Assembly (NCBI GenBank): GCA_964016885.1
Contig: OZ024755.1
Coordinates: forward strand, 16,988,001 to 17,052,000
DNA: 64,000 nt
Source: Eledone cirrhosa
Lineage: Eukaryota
Direction of reading: 5' to 3'
Of the stretch, positions 27,886 through 42,081 are shown piece after piece; position 1 is the stretch's first letter; each line of letters opens with the position of its first letter. Below the pieces are notes generated by a model that did no database searches, had not been told where the DNA came from, and saw only the letters and a program-made list of their open reading frames with translations. The translations under genes were made by a program, and so were the position numbers.

Positions 27886-28090
27886 GGGGTTTCAAATGAC
27901 TGAAGTATTTAATTCAGTCACTAGTTAAGAATCACCACCGTCATCATCATCGACATAGTTTAACATATAGTTCGGTTAAATTTAGAGTGGACCAGTTGCA
28001 TTTGATCATAGCACCAGCACTATCACTTTATGGGGTGGACTGGGTGCATTTTATAATAGCACCAGCACTACTAATTTACAAGACGGTCTT

Positions 28091-28976
28091 ACCACATAGC
28101 TACCAGTCACTCACCACATAGCTACTAGTCACTCTACACATAGCTACAAGTCACTGACCACATAGCTACAAGTCACTGACCACATAGCTACTAGTCACTC
28201 TACACATAGCTACTAGTCACTCACCACATAGCTACTAGTCACTCACCACATAGCTACCAGTCACTCACCACATAGCTACTAGTCACTCTACACATAGCTA
28301 CAAGTCACTGACCACATAGCTACTAGTCACTCTACACATAGCTACAAGTCACTCACCACATAGCTACCAGTCACTCTACACATAGCTACAAGTCACTGAC
28401 CACATAGCTACTAGTCACTCACCACATAGCTACTAGTCACTCTACACATAGCTACAAGTCACTCACCACATAGCTACTAGTCACTCACCACATAGCTACC
28501 AATCACTCACCACACAGCCACTAGTCACTCACCACATAGCTACTAGTCACTCACCACATAGCTACTAGTCACTCACCACATAGCTACCAATCACTCACCA
28601 CACAGCCACTAGTCACTCACCACACAGCCACTAGTCACTCACCACATAGCTACCAGTCACTCACCACATAGCTACCAATCACTCACCACACAGCCACTAG
28701 TCACTCACCACACAGCCACTAGTCACTGACCACACAGCCACTAGTCACTCACCGTATAGTTACAAGTCACTGACCACATAGCTACAAGTCACTGACCACA
28801 CAGCCACTAGTCACTCACCACACAGCCACTAGTCACTCACCGTATAGTTACAAGTCACTGACCACATAGCTACCAGTCACTCACCACATAGCTACTAGTC
28901 ACTCTACACATAGCCACTAGTCACTCACCGTATAGTTACAAGTCACTGACCACATAGCTACAAGTCACTGACCACA
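28091..28976. repeat. 22-bp minisatellite
   Basis: ACCACATAGCTACTAGTCACTC, ~40 copies. Confidence 0.95.
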
Positions 28977-29909
28977 TTTACTTTTAGTGTTGCAGTGAAA
29001 CTACTGATGAATGTGTCTTTCAACAGATTCCACTGTTGTTGTCAGTTTTATTAGATACATCATTTTTTTTATAGGAATAACAACATATGTAACACCATTA
29101 GTATAACGTAAGATGAAGAATTAAATGTCCATCTCATTTCATTTCCTTTTTACTTTCCTTTTCATTGCATATTCTTTTTTATCTGGCTTTCAAATGATTA
29201 GAAATCTGTCTCTCTCTTTCTCTGTACACACACACACATTTCTTCTCTCATATCTATGTATATGTGCACTTTATATATACACACACACACACACATATGT
29301 ATATATATGTATGTATATATACATACACATATATGTGTGTATATATATTTTTGTCTCGTGTCTAAATACTTATATACATATATATATATAGATATAGATA
29401 TATATATATATATAGATATAGATATACATATATATATATATATATATAGATAGACACACATATGCAAATACACACACACCCACACACACAAACACACACA
29501 TATATATATTATATATATATACATATATTATATGTGCCTGGGTATATACATAATTTCTTATCTCATATATATATATGTATATACACATGCACACACACAT
29601 ATATATTGTAGTATAAAATTGTAAGTGCACAATATAGCTTTCATATAGAAAGTCTGTAAAGTTTGTGTTAGCAGTTTGTAAAATTCACTGATGAGTACAC
29701 TTGATGATACGGTTGATTGCATAAAAGCTTCAGGACTGGATATGTAATATCCTATTTGCCTTTCATGTGAGACATGTGTGTATGAGTGTGTATACACATG
29801 CTTGCACACACCCATATATATATACATTTATATATATATATATATATAGACATACTTTTACTGCTTTCAGCATTTATTCAGTTATGGCTAAACTGAAATA
29901 TATGTGTAC

Positions 29910-29963
<54 letters not shown>

Positions 29964-30805
29964 ATGTAGAAGCATACAGACATACGCACACTTATATACA
30001 CATTGATTTGTATACATAAACATACATGCACATGATTGTATTAAATACAAAAAATAATCTGAGACACTACAACATAACAGAAACACACACGTATACATAC
30101 ACATACATACTACAAATGGACACTCACGCACACCCTACAAAAAGACCCCCCCCCTTACACTACAAATGGACACTATTAAATCTAACAGAACTACTGAAAT
30201 AAACAAGTTCAATACCATAAATCACCAAAGAACCTCATTGATTCCAAGAATCCATAACTGTACAAATAGTTTTTCTATGTTTTGCTATTTTAAGCTATTT
30301 ATCTGTTCCATTCTGTTAAATTTTGCAATGTAACATCTCTGTGTCGGATTAACACATTAACTGAAACATAAATAAACATGTACCTGTCTATGGAGGAAAT
30401 ATGAGGTAGCCATGGGTATAGATTAAATAAGGGTAAACTAAACTGCACACGTGATGTTTATTTCTTTTCAAACATTTGTCTTTTTTTATGATGTAATGCA
30501 TGATTCAAATACTAGATAAAGTGTTCTGATTTTGGGTGAGGTGAGGTGAGGTGAAAGTCGATTAAATCAACCCCAGTGAGTTACTGGTACTTTATTTTAT
30601 CGACCCCTTAAAGATGAAAGGCAAAGGTAACCTTGGTGGTATTTGAAATCAGAATGTAAAGAGCCATAACCATATGCCACAAATCATGTTGTCCAGCACT
30701 CTACTGATGCTGCAAATCTGTTGGCCATTAGTAACAACAATAATAATAATTGTTTCTACTTTTGGCACAAGGCCAGCAATTATCCCAGTGTATTACTGGG
30801 ATAAT

Positions 30806-30848
<43 letters not shown>

Positions 30849-31913
30849 TTTTATTATGTATTTATAGATCTCTGTGTGTTTATGTGAAGCTCTACATAAA
30901 AAATGTTTTTCGGATTATAGTCTTTCCCAGTCTCTACCAAGTGATAAAGCAATAAAAATTCTGGACACACACAACTGCTATATACTTGTCTTTATGATAA
31001 TAGCCATGATATAAGTATTTATTAGTATATACTTAAGCTACTTGGTAAGGCTAGCTTTTCACCTGCAGAGGCCCTAAGCTATATGAAATTTGAGGCCCTT
31101 CTCTAAAGAAATTTGAGTAAAATAAAAGTTTTAAATATACCTGATTATTTTAATTTATACTAATGTTATGATATGATAAAGAATACATTATATATATATA
31201 TATATATATACACATATAGATGATTAACTGTTAAAGACTAATGATAAAATAAAAATGTTTTTTCAAATGAGGTACCCGAGGGTGTTTGGCATTGAATTAT
31301 AGCTTATTTAGCTTATAGGCAAGTCCACTACTGCTACAAGGCCATGTCTAACCAATAAACCAGCCTTTAGATAGGTGCTCATTCTGTTAGAAATAGCAGC
31401 CAAATTATTATCAAATCTCTCTCTGCAATTAAAAAATCAAGACAAAAGCAACAGAAAGGCCACATTGAGATTGTAGATTCTCAAAAAAAAAAAAAAAAAA
31501 AAGCAAAAGAAAAAATATGATAGCTGGAATATATTTTGATCAGAACTGACTCAGGGCTAAACAACCTAGTTGTGTTGTTATATGAATTACCTGAAGAGCT
31601 TTAGTAATTGACTTGTATAACAATATAGGAGTATTTATTGGCAGAGATATGATATTTCGTTGTTCTCTTCTGAAACCTGTTCGATCTACTATTGTATATT
31701 ATTCATAATTTCAGAATATATAATTAGCTAAGCCAATGAATGTTTCATTATGATAAAATAATCTATAATTAGACTGACAGTATTGGGGAATATAAAACTG
31801 TGATATTGTTGGCGATAGTGTTTTTGTTGTGTAAATAGCTGGGAAATAAATAGTTAATAGCTTAATGCATTAAAGTAATAAATACATTGCATATATATAT
31901 GTATATATATATG

Positions 31914-31945
<32 letters not shown>

Positions 31946-33086
31946 ATGTATGTATGTATATATGTATGTGTGTGTTATGTATGTGTGTGTGTGTGTGTGT
32001 GTGTATAAATATAAACGATGATGAGAGAGAGAGAGAGAGTAATTATACACCACTAGTAAAGTAAATAAAATGACCTAATCATTGAACATGTATATAAGTG
32101 GCTGAGTATTCCACAGACACGCATATAACTTTAATGTAATTCTAAATGAGATTCAGTGTGACACAGTATGTGGCAGTGCTAGCCATTTAAATTACAAATA
32201 CCGTCAACTCAGCTTGCTTTCAAACAGTTTTAATCTATTCAATTCCATACAAAAGACATGTTTCCTCTTTAGGCTGTGATAAGAGAGACTTCCTCAAGAT
32301 AACATGCAACAGAACCACATGATTGTAAAGTACTCAGCCATGTTACGTCCATGTCATTAGTACTAGATGAAATTAGAACAAAAAACAAAGAGACATCTAG
32401 ACACATGAAGCTAGTTAAGAAATTACATACTTCTACTGGTTTCAGTCATTAAACTGTGGCCATACTGGAGCACCTACAAAAATGCTGTATTCCATTAATC
32501 CTAATACTTAATAATATTTATCATTGGCAGTATCGCTAGAGCATCGGACACCATGCTTTGCAGCATAGAGTTGTGGCTCTTTACATTCTGAGTTCGAATC
32601 CCACTGAGGTTAACTTTGCCTTTTATTCTTACAGGGTCGATAAAATAAAGCACCAGTAATGCACTGGGGTAATTGCTGGCCTTGTTCCAAAAGTAGAAAC
32701 AATTATTTATGTAGTAAATGCATGAAAAGATCTTCCAAGACAATAAAAAATTCACAATAAAAACCTCTCAAATGCCAACGTTGTTTGCCGTTATTTTGGA
32801 AGATTACTATATCAATACCTTTAGACTATATTCTCCATTTTGTAGATGTAAATAATCAATGTTGTTGTTGTTGTTTTTTTTATTCCCTCATAGAGACGCT
32901 ATGAGCCGTGGAAATGCTCTGACTGTAAGAGTAGTGATAATATAGAACTTTCCATATTTTTACTATCCTTATCTGACAATCTTAGCTGAGGTTAGTGAAG
33001 TTGTTCTTAACTGCAGGAAGTCAATAACTGACTACCCTGAAGCTAAAAATATATTTACAAATGACACAAAATATATTTACAAGTGA

Positions 33087-33403
33087 CTGTTGCAGCGGGT
33101 GTCGCTGGCTATTGTCCGTGGCAACGCCTTTGCCATTTTGTCTGCGGGTCACAGCCAAAAAACTACTCTGACCTAGGTGGAGAGTCTCTCACCCTCTCCC
33201 TTTCCTCATTTCTTTCTTTTGTTGCCTAACAATCCTTCCTCTTTCCCTCCTTTTCCTCTCATTTATAGCATCTATAGTCCTTTCCAATACTACTTTCTTT
33301 TTCTATATGTTTGGCTAACTATTAAATTCTTTATTACTTTTATGTAATTTTATCCGAAATACTTATTGTCTGATTAAATAAAAACACAATCTTAAAAAAA
33401 AAA
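33087..33403 (+). mobile_element. 5'-truncated non-LTR retroelement end, CRE/RLE-type
   Basis: LLQRVSLAIVRGNAFAIL..* then pyrimidine-rich UTR, AATAAA and an A-tail. Confidence 0.55.
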
Positions 33404-34419
33404 TGTGTGTGTATATATATATATATATATTTATATATATAACAAATATATACATATAAGTATAAAGAAAGTGCAAAGATGCTATAAAGATAGATTATGA
33501 AATAGGGTGAAGACCCTTAAAAGATGGAAAAAGAAGTTGTTATTGGCTGTTATGAGGAATTGAACCCCATATCTTCCAGATACCAACACAGTGGGGAACT
33601 GTACCTTATTATTATACCTAGAGTTACAGCCTTTTATGATCTGAGTTCAATTCCTGCTGAGGTTAACTTTGCCTGACATCCTTACGAGATCGATAAAATA
33701 AAGTACCAGTAATACACTGGGGTATTTGCTGGCCTTGTGCCAAAAGTAGAAAATCATTATCATAACTACTGAACAACTATATGGACTGGATTCATTAGAC
33801 TTAACTCTTTAACATTCACATTAATCTAAATTTACTAGTGTATTTTCCTGGTAAAGGCTTTATCTCACATTATATCTCACATTATATTGAATCTATGAGA
33901 TTTTGATATTATTTATTTTGAGAACAATACCTTAACATCGGCATGAGTAGCCAGTTACGACCGGGTTGAACAGAAAGAGGTGAGAGAATTTTGGCTGGAT
34001 ATGGCCAGTTTAAATGCTAAAGGGTCTTTGCCGATGTCAGTCATGACTCAATGCAGATGGCAGAATATGAATGAATAATCAATTTTCCATGTTATTGCAT
34101 CCAGTTTTGACTGTTATACATGAATTCATATAAACAATTTAGTTGATAGAGAATGTTAAATGAAATGGTTTTTCACTGATGTAACAAAATAGAATAAGAA
34201 AAATCATACTCATAAAAATGTACTCTCTGTCTCTTTATCTCTGCCTATATGTCTAGGTAGCAAGTTCACTACTTGATATTTTGATATCTCAGATTGTGTG
34301 TGTGTGTATGTTTGTATATATAAACCAACTCACATTGGTGGAGTCCAGCCTAAAGGTTCAGGGTCCCGGTTATTTGCAGCATTTTTCTTAGAAACCTAAC
34401 TAATAATTGTTAATGGAAA

Positions 34420-34668
34420 CCAGTGCATATTCGTGAAATCGTAAATATCCTCCGCGATTTTTTAATGATTTTTTTTCAGGGCAATATATATATTTTCATA
34501 TTTTTAACGCTAAATTATTAATAACAATAATCCGTATTTGCCAGACTATATTTTACATTGTTTTGAAGTTTATAGGTATTTTTATAGACCACGTCCAATA
34601 TTTGCGGTTTTTTACTCTTTGCGAGTGCTCTAGGAATGTAACCCCTGTGAATACTGGGGAATACTGTA
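34420..34668 (-). mobile_element. Tigger/pogo-like DNA transposon end fragment
   Basis: Minus strand TA-CAGTATTCCCCAGTATTCACAGGGGTTACATTCCTAGA resembles Tigger termini. Confidence 0.4.
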
Positions 34669-34687
34669 TGTATATATATATATATAT

Positions 34688-34967
34688 GGTTATGTTGGTG
34701 CCACGCCATCCAGGCCGAAACAAATGAGATCGTGTAGGTGTCACGACAAAAAAACACACAGTCCACGCTGTAATGTGGCCGTGTAGGCAACACGGTAAAA
34801 ACCTCCCAGACCCACACTGTAAATGTGGTTGGTGTTAGGAAGGGCATCCAACTGTAGAAAACCTGCCAGACAGTCCTATGCGAGCAAGACAATCACTCTT
34901 GCCTCAAGTGGGAATACCCCCGTCCAAACCCATGCAAGCGTGGAACACGGACGTTAAACGTTGATGA

Positions 34968-34972
<5 letters not shown>
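34688..34972 (+). mobile_element. RTE 3' UTR fragment
   Basis: Near-identical to ~21164-21450; TA flanks. Related tails at ~36030-36295, 39600-39830 (-), 42832-42950, 43520-43856. Confidence 0.85.
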
Positions 34973-35006
<34 letters not shown>

Positions 35007-35009
<3 letters not shown>

Positions 35010-35148
35010 TAAGGAAAAGCGAAGTAGTTTCAGATGTAGGAACATCTGAAACTACTTTGCTTTTCCTTATTCGATATTTACTCCGTCACTCCTATGTGGA
35101 AAAAGTACGTTGAGTGCTTGAATTGAATTGCATCAATGTTTACCCTAA
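35007..35148. mobile_element. Short fold-back insert in (TA)n
   Basis: ~28-bp inverted arms followed by a tail with GTTGAGTGCTT. Confidence 0.5.
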
Positions 35149-35159
35149 TATATATATAT

Positions 35160-35192
<33 letters not shown>

Positions 35193-35930
35193 GTAATAAT
35201 AATAAATTTGAAGACTAAAATCCAAAGAGGGCTCGATTCTTTGCTTAAACTTTAATCTGTTATTTTAATAAATATATATATATATATATATATATAATCC
35301 ACAGTACAATAATTCTTATGATAATAGTTCTATGAGTTAGTCATACATACAGACAAATAGATGTTGTTTTATTTAGTTTGATATCCTGTTTCTTTTTATC
35401 TTATAATTACAGACGAGACAGTAAAGGTCTGATTTGTGGATGTTTATTAGTCATGATTCTAATTCTTTCAAATATATTATGAATGGTTTGAAACTCGAGA
35501 AAGTATAGAACTATAACAAAAATTTATGTGCCTATTTTCATGTGTTCATGTTTTGGTATGCATCTTCTGGATCATGTGGATAGACAGTAAATTTAGAATA
35601 GCATGGTATAATTGTTTCTTTTTGGCTATGTTGCAGAATTGGTGAACATTAATCTTGGAATGTCCAGTTTTTCTCCCAAAATAGAATAAGATTGATTTGT
35701 ACATATACAACTTTAATTTGCCAGGAAAGACGAGACATGAACCAGTCAAATACAAGTTGTATTTGCTAGGAAAGACGAGACACAAAACCAGTCAAATCTT
35801 TCAACTTCAAAATTATCTTTATTATCATTATTGCTGTTTAGTCCAACAGAAAGAACATTTTCTCTCAAGGACTAACTGTTATTACTATATAATAATACTA
35901 ATAAATATTAATAAGATTGTGTGCATACTG

Positions 35931-35979
<49 letters not shown>

Positions 35980-36867
35980 TACAGTATGCACACAATCATG
36001 TATATTTATATATATATACATGTATATATATAGGTCGTGTCAGCGTCACAAACAAAAAGTGCCCAGTCCACACTGTAATGTGATCATCTAGGTGACTTGA
36101 CAAAAAGCACCCAGCACACACTGTAAATGTGGTTGGCGTTAGGAAGGGCATCCATCTGTAGAAACCAAGCCAAAATTAGCTCCGGGTGAGCAAAACATGG
36201 TCCTCTGACCTGATTCTGTCCCAAAGAGTCAACTCATCTTACCCATGCTAGCATGGAAAATGGACATTAAACGATGATGATGATGATTATGATGATATAT
36301 ATAATTTTCTGAAATACTCTTTCTTTATATATATATATATATAATAAAAGACCGATAAGTTTCAGTAGAAATATGTAAAGACTAGTTAACCCTTTAGCAT
36401 TTATGATATTCTATATTTACTATAGTATATTCATGGTAAAGGCTTTGTCTCATATAATCTCGAGTCTGAGATTTTGTTGATGTTATTGTTTATTTTAAGA
36501 ACTATATTTTAATGTCAGTGTGAGCTGCTGTTTACAGCTGGTATCAAAAAGAGGAAAGAATTCTGGCCAGATACAGCTGGTGTAAATGCTAAATAGTTAA
36601 GGAAGAACACATCAATTGTTTATTTTTGTTTTGAGGTGTTTCTGCTTCACATTTAACACTGAAATATAATGTTGAAATATATTGGATAAAACATTACTTT
36701 GTTTTGTTTTATTTGTCATCCTTTGCTTTTTATATTTTTCTATCTCATTCTACCAGTTTTTGAAACTTATCAGAATTTTATTACATATCTCAATGATTCA
36801 TATATATAGACACACACAAAAACACACATATATATATATACATATATACACACACAAACATACACAC

Positions 36868-36899
<32 letters not shown>

Positions 36900-36928
36900 A
36901 TATATATATATATATACACACACACATA

Positions 36929-37143
36929 CAAATGGGGTGTTTAAAAAACATTGATATCATCTGAGATGTAAATATCACAGTAACTAAAAAGCCTAGGACA
37001 ATGAGACTTAGTAGGCTTAATATTGAGCAACATAAGATTTATTCTTCAAAATATATCAATATTATAGCACGAACACACTCCTAGACTGTGTAGTTTCTGG
37101 GATATTTACATCTCAAATGATATCAAGATTTTTAAACACCTTG
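36929..37143. mobile_element. Tc1-type MITE (interrupted copy at ~2189-2560)
   Basis: Long imperfect TIRs GGTGTTTAAAAA..TTGATATCAT.TGAGATGTAAATATC; TA flanks. Confidence 0.65.
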
Positions 37144-37158
37144 TATATATATATATAT

Positions 37159-37364
37159 AACGAAGGAAATGTGGTAAGGAACCAGGTGGACCATAACGCA
37201 CCAAAGTACTCAATACTTAGGGTAGTAGAGTGGGTAATAGGAACGAGTAGAACCCCGACGGCTGAGCTCAAGCCGTTTCGACGGCTAATTCTGGACTAAA
37301 AAAAAAATTGTCCAGAATTAGCCGTCGAAACGGCTTGAGCTCAGCCGTCGGAGTCCTACTCGTT

Positions 37365-37366
<2 letters not shown>
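37159..37366. mobile_element. Hairpin element family A, copy 2
   Basis: Same tail and arms; A-run at the inversion centre. Confidence 0.7.
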
Positions 37367-37422
<56 letters not shown>

Positions 37423-37489
37423 GTGTGCATGTGTATACAAAAGGTCAATAAAAAAAATAACACAGGGGGGGGGGGGGGACGATACAGTA

Positions 37490-37930
37490 CAACGAAGATG
37501 TGCATTATTTTAACGCTTGATACAGCAGGATAAGGGCTGAAACGTTTTGGATGTTAGTCCTTCATTAGAAGATAGAATGAGAGAAAAAAGAAATGAAAAG
37601 GTAGATGAAATTAAGAAAAGGAAAATCTTTTTATTGGGAGGAAATCATGGGTATGTTTAGTCACCCATTTTGGGGAAGTACACGTCAGAATATACCTTAG
37701 ATATACTAGAGGTGCAATTAAAGAAGGGTTGGGAGTTGGTGGAGAAAAAAACGGGGAGACATGAGGGTGGAAGATGAGGAAGAGTGAGGAAAAGACAAGA
37801 GACTAGAACAGAAAGGTAATGTAGTGAAGAGAGAAGAGTAGAGTGGGAGGAAAAGTGGTAGTGAATCGTGTAAGTCCAGTAATCCAAAGATATATCCTGG
37901 TAGATGTTCAAGTACAGTCCAGATGAAATA
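37490..37930 (-). mobile_element. Possible degenerate Penelope-like 3' end
   Basis: Minus strand CTAATGAAGGACTAACATCCAAAACGTTTC (37534-37570) is a hammerhead core with two point changes, preceded by a pyrimidine-rich tract. Confidence 0.35.
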
Positions 37931-38383
37931 AAGTTACAGAATGAACATCTAACATCTAATGTAGGAATTCAATGACAATACAATGAAGATATTTAAAGCC
38001 TGGTTTGTGGATTCAAATGTTATAGTGTCTTTATCAATCGACAAATTGTTGTAAAAAATATTTTTGTGCTGTTGTAAACATTTTTTAATGTGCTGCTGTT
38101 GTTGTATTTTTCAAGAATGTACTGCTAATGTGGTTTCATGTGGTACAGTAAGTTAAGAGTTAATAGAGGAAGACACATTGGATAATGAATTAATAAAGGG
38201 TAACTTTAACTTACACTAGTATCACCATTTATAATACTTGGATCAAATATATGTTGTGAGGAAAAAGCTGATATCAGACAAATACTGTTTTGTATTTTAC
38301 AAAAAAAAGTCTTGCTAATGCATGTGGTTTCATGTGGTACAGGACATTAACCGTCAATATTTTTTTTTCGTCCATCGTTTCAG

Positions 38384-38560
38384 GCTGTCATGGAAAAACT
38401 GGATGCTGAGGGAGCAAACATTAAAGCGGATCTTACCACCGGAGAACAATTACTGGCTGAGAGTGATACTCCAAGTTTTGTAGCCAAGAAAACTGCTGAA
38501 CTAAACAGGAAATGGACTGCCACCATCAAAGAAGCTGAAGAAAAATACCAAAAACTGAAG
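38384..38560 (+). CDS. SYNE1: Nesprin-1-like exon (AVMEKLDAEG...LNRKWTAT..YQKLK, 59 aa)
   Basis: Pyrimidine tract + tttcag acceptor, AAG|GTAAAT donor; spectrin helix B/C pattern (GEQLL..L..KW); in frame after a 25.4 kb intron. Confidence 0.88.
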
Positions 38561-40405
38561 GTAAATTCTTTACATAAACACATTCTGTCTCTTTCTCCTC
38601 TCTCTCACTCTCATATATTAAAAAAATATAACTCCTACTTTGTTTTAGATGAACCAATTTGATCTCAGAGCAGTTAGGACATTGGATAGAATGCTTGGCA
38701 GTATTTGTTCTGGCTTTCTGCAATCTGAGGTCAAATCTTACCTAGGTTGATAGAGTACCAGGTCAGTACTAGGGTTGATTCTTCCTCTATATTCATTTCC
38801 TCACTCTCACTTGCTCTTTCCTTCTCTGGAAGAAATCTGCTGTATTCAGACATGGAGAGGAGACAGACTCCATCAAGTTTAAAATGCTCAAGAAATGCTG
38901 TATGTCACTACGGTGATCTTATGACTTCCCCAGGAGTTACAGGTCCTTAATATAAACATATAATCATACATAGCATGCTATGGTATGGTCCTGTAACACC
39001 CAATGAAGTTGTAGGTGGGCCGCAGTAGCATATGGCATTTCCTGGGCATTTTTTAAGCCTAGCAGAGCCCATACCCTCTCCAGGTCTGAACACACCAGAT
39101 TTCTTCTAGAGAATGGAAATGAGAAAGAGATATAGAGGAAGAATCGACCCCAGTACTAGACTGGTACTATTTTTTTTTTTTAATCAATCTCGAAAGGATG
39201 AAAGGCAAAGTTGACCACGACAGGATTTGAACCCAGAAAGTAGAGAACCAAAACAAATATTACAAATCTAACACTCTAACAACTCTGCCAATGGTCATAC
39301 ATACCTTGGTCATACATACACACAAAAAAATCTTTCATTCACTCTTTCGTAAATTTTTGAAATGTTATTATATGAAAATTCATTTTCTTGTATATATGTT
39401 CCCCATCCTAATTCTCTTACAATTAAACATCCATATATACATATATGTACATCTTTTTATCATCTCAACAATTGCCTATAAAAGGAAACCTTTACAGGGA
39501 TGAAGAACTAATGTCTAAAAAATCGAAAACACTTCTTTTTTCCATTTTACACAAGTGTTAATCTAATACCACTGTGGATCAGGAGGTACTTCAGTCAAGT
39601 CCGTCATCATCATCATCATCATCATCACCGTTTTATGTCCATTCTGCGATGCTAGCATAGGTTAGACGGGTTGTCCTGTTGTGGGCAATGCCAGGTCAGG
39701 TGACAGTGTCTTGCTCATGCAGAACTGATTTTGGCTGGATTTCTACAGCTGGATGCTCTTCCTAACACCAACCTCATTTATAGTGAGTACTGGGTGCCTT
39801 TTTACCGTGGCACCTACACGACCACTCTACAGTGTAGTTCAATGACCAAATAACTTCTCTTGTGCTGGTGCTACAATAAAATGTACCCAGTACACTATGC
39901 TATGTTGTTGGTGTTAGGAAGGGCATCCAGCTGTAAAAACCATGTTAAAGAGTGGGTTGAGAGGACTCATCAATCTAGCTGAGCATATGACAACCTCTTT
40001 AGAGCTGGTCTCACAATAAAATCCACCAGTACACTTTGTAAAGTGTTAATGTTTGTGGCATAATAAAATAAACCCAATCTGCTCTATAAAATGGTAGAAC
40101 TTATGTGACACACATACACACATATATGTATATATACCATTACAAAACAATTCAGAACTGCTAGCTTATTATTGAGTATGTAAACACACACACACACACA
40201 CACTGACACACACACACACAAATATATAAGTACAAACTCTTATACATACACACATACATTTATTTATGAATATGTCTATATATATACACTTCATCTATAC
40301 ATCCATTCATAGTTTTATGCATTGCTGCCTTCATTATTTATTCTCCCCCACTCTCTATCTACCCCCTTCCTCTCTCACTTTCTGTCTCACATATGTTTGA
40401 ACTAT

Positions 40406-40505
<100 letters not shown>

Positions 40506-41555
40506 TGTTGGTACAAAGAAGCGATATACATATTTCAGCCGTTGAAAATATACCTGATCTTTAAACACACACAGCCCCCTCCACACACACACACACACAC
40601 ACACATACCCCCCACCCCCACACACACACGTCCCCCCACGCACACATACCCCCCCGCACACACAGCCCCCTCCCCCACACACATACCCCCCGCACACACG
40701 GCCCCTTCCCCCCCACACATAATACCCCCCCCACACACATTTCAAACTATTGATACACACACACTTACATATACACACAGACGACATACATATTTTATAT
40801 TTCAACTGTTGACAATATACACACACACAAACATACACACACACGTAACACACACACGTAACACACACACACGTAACACACACGTAACACACACACACAA
40901 ACACATGTAACCCTGCCCACACACATGTAACACACACACACATGTAACCTTGCCCACACACATGTAACACACACACACACACATGTAACCTTGCCCACAC
41001 ACATGTAACACACACACACACACACACACATGTAACCTTGCCCACACACATGTAACCCTGCCCACACGCATGTAACCCTGCCCACACACACATGTAACAC
41101 AAACACACATGTAATACACACACACATACCCATCCTTACACCCACACAAACAAACATACATTTTTGAATAGTTGCAGATACTCCACCCATCTACCTCGGT
41201 TGCATACTTTCAAACCATATAGACACCCCCCTACACCTCACACCCCACACCCTCCACCCATACCTCCGACCCCACACCTCACTCACCACACCCTACACCT
41301 CACACCTCTCACCTCACACTCTCCACCCACACCCCACACCTCGCTCACCACACCCTACACCTCACTCACCACACCCTACACCTCACACCTCCCACCTCAC
41401 ACTCTCCACCCACACCCCACCCATCTCACCCCACACACCACACCCCTCACCCAACCTTTTACTGACTTATCTATTTACAAATATAACAAATAGTTGACAC
41501 CACAAGACATTTTCAATCATCAAACACTACTAATTTATACATAGGTGTATATATA

Positions 41556-41602
<47 letters not shown>

Positions 41603-41604
<2 letters not shown>

Positions 41605-41921
41605 CGTAGGAGGTGAGTTTTATTGTAGTACAATAAAGCAATGCAGATATCGGATAAGAAGCACTCTACAGTTTGTAGGACTGGAGTATACATAATATAT
41701 AAGATCAAAAGATGGTTAAAGGAGTTCCATGTATTTTATTATGCGCATTTCAAAAACAAACATATTGATTTAAAACTGCACTATCCACAAGTGTTTTTTA
41801 GCCTTCATATCATGTCCTCCTGTTTTATCTGATGAAAACACAAATATTATTGCATGATGATGTTTGTTTTTGAAATGCGCATAATAAAATACATGGAACT
41901 CCTTTAACCATCTTTTGATCT

Positions 41922-41931
<10 letters not shown>
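41603..41931. mobile_element. Penelope-like fold-back insert in (TA)n
   Basis: Arms ~41692-41763 / 41860-41931, tail 41603-41690, hammerhead in right part. Confidence 0.7.
41821..41891 (+). ncRNA. Type I hammerhead ribozyme (Penelope-type)
   Basis: Stem I UGUUUUAU/AUAAAAUA; CUGAUGA 41829-35; long stem II; GAAA 41872-75; perfect palindromic stem III AUGCGCAU; AUA triplet. Confidence 0.82.
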
Positions 41932-41954
<23 letters not shown>

Positions 41955-42045
41955 CAATTGGCACGGCACAGCTTTAATCGGGCTGTTTGTTTGTTTACAA
42001 ATGAATCAAATATTATTGTTAATATTTGATACAACCCATATGTAC

Positions 42046-42080
<35 letters not shown>

Positions 42081-42081
<1 letters not shown>

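Noticed and set aside
29680-29730. CTGATGAGTACAC hammerhead-like start
   Set aside because: No GAAA/NUH half after the putative stem II
38380-38723. Minus-strand ORFs over the last exon
   Set aside because: Antisense shadows of the + strand exon
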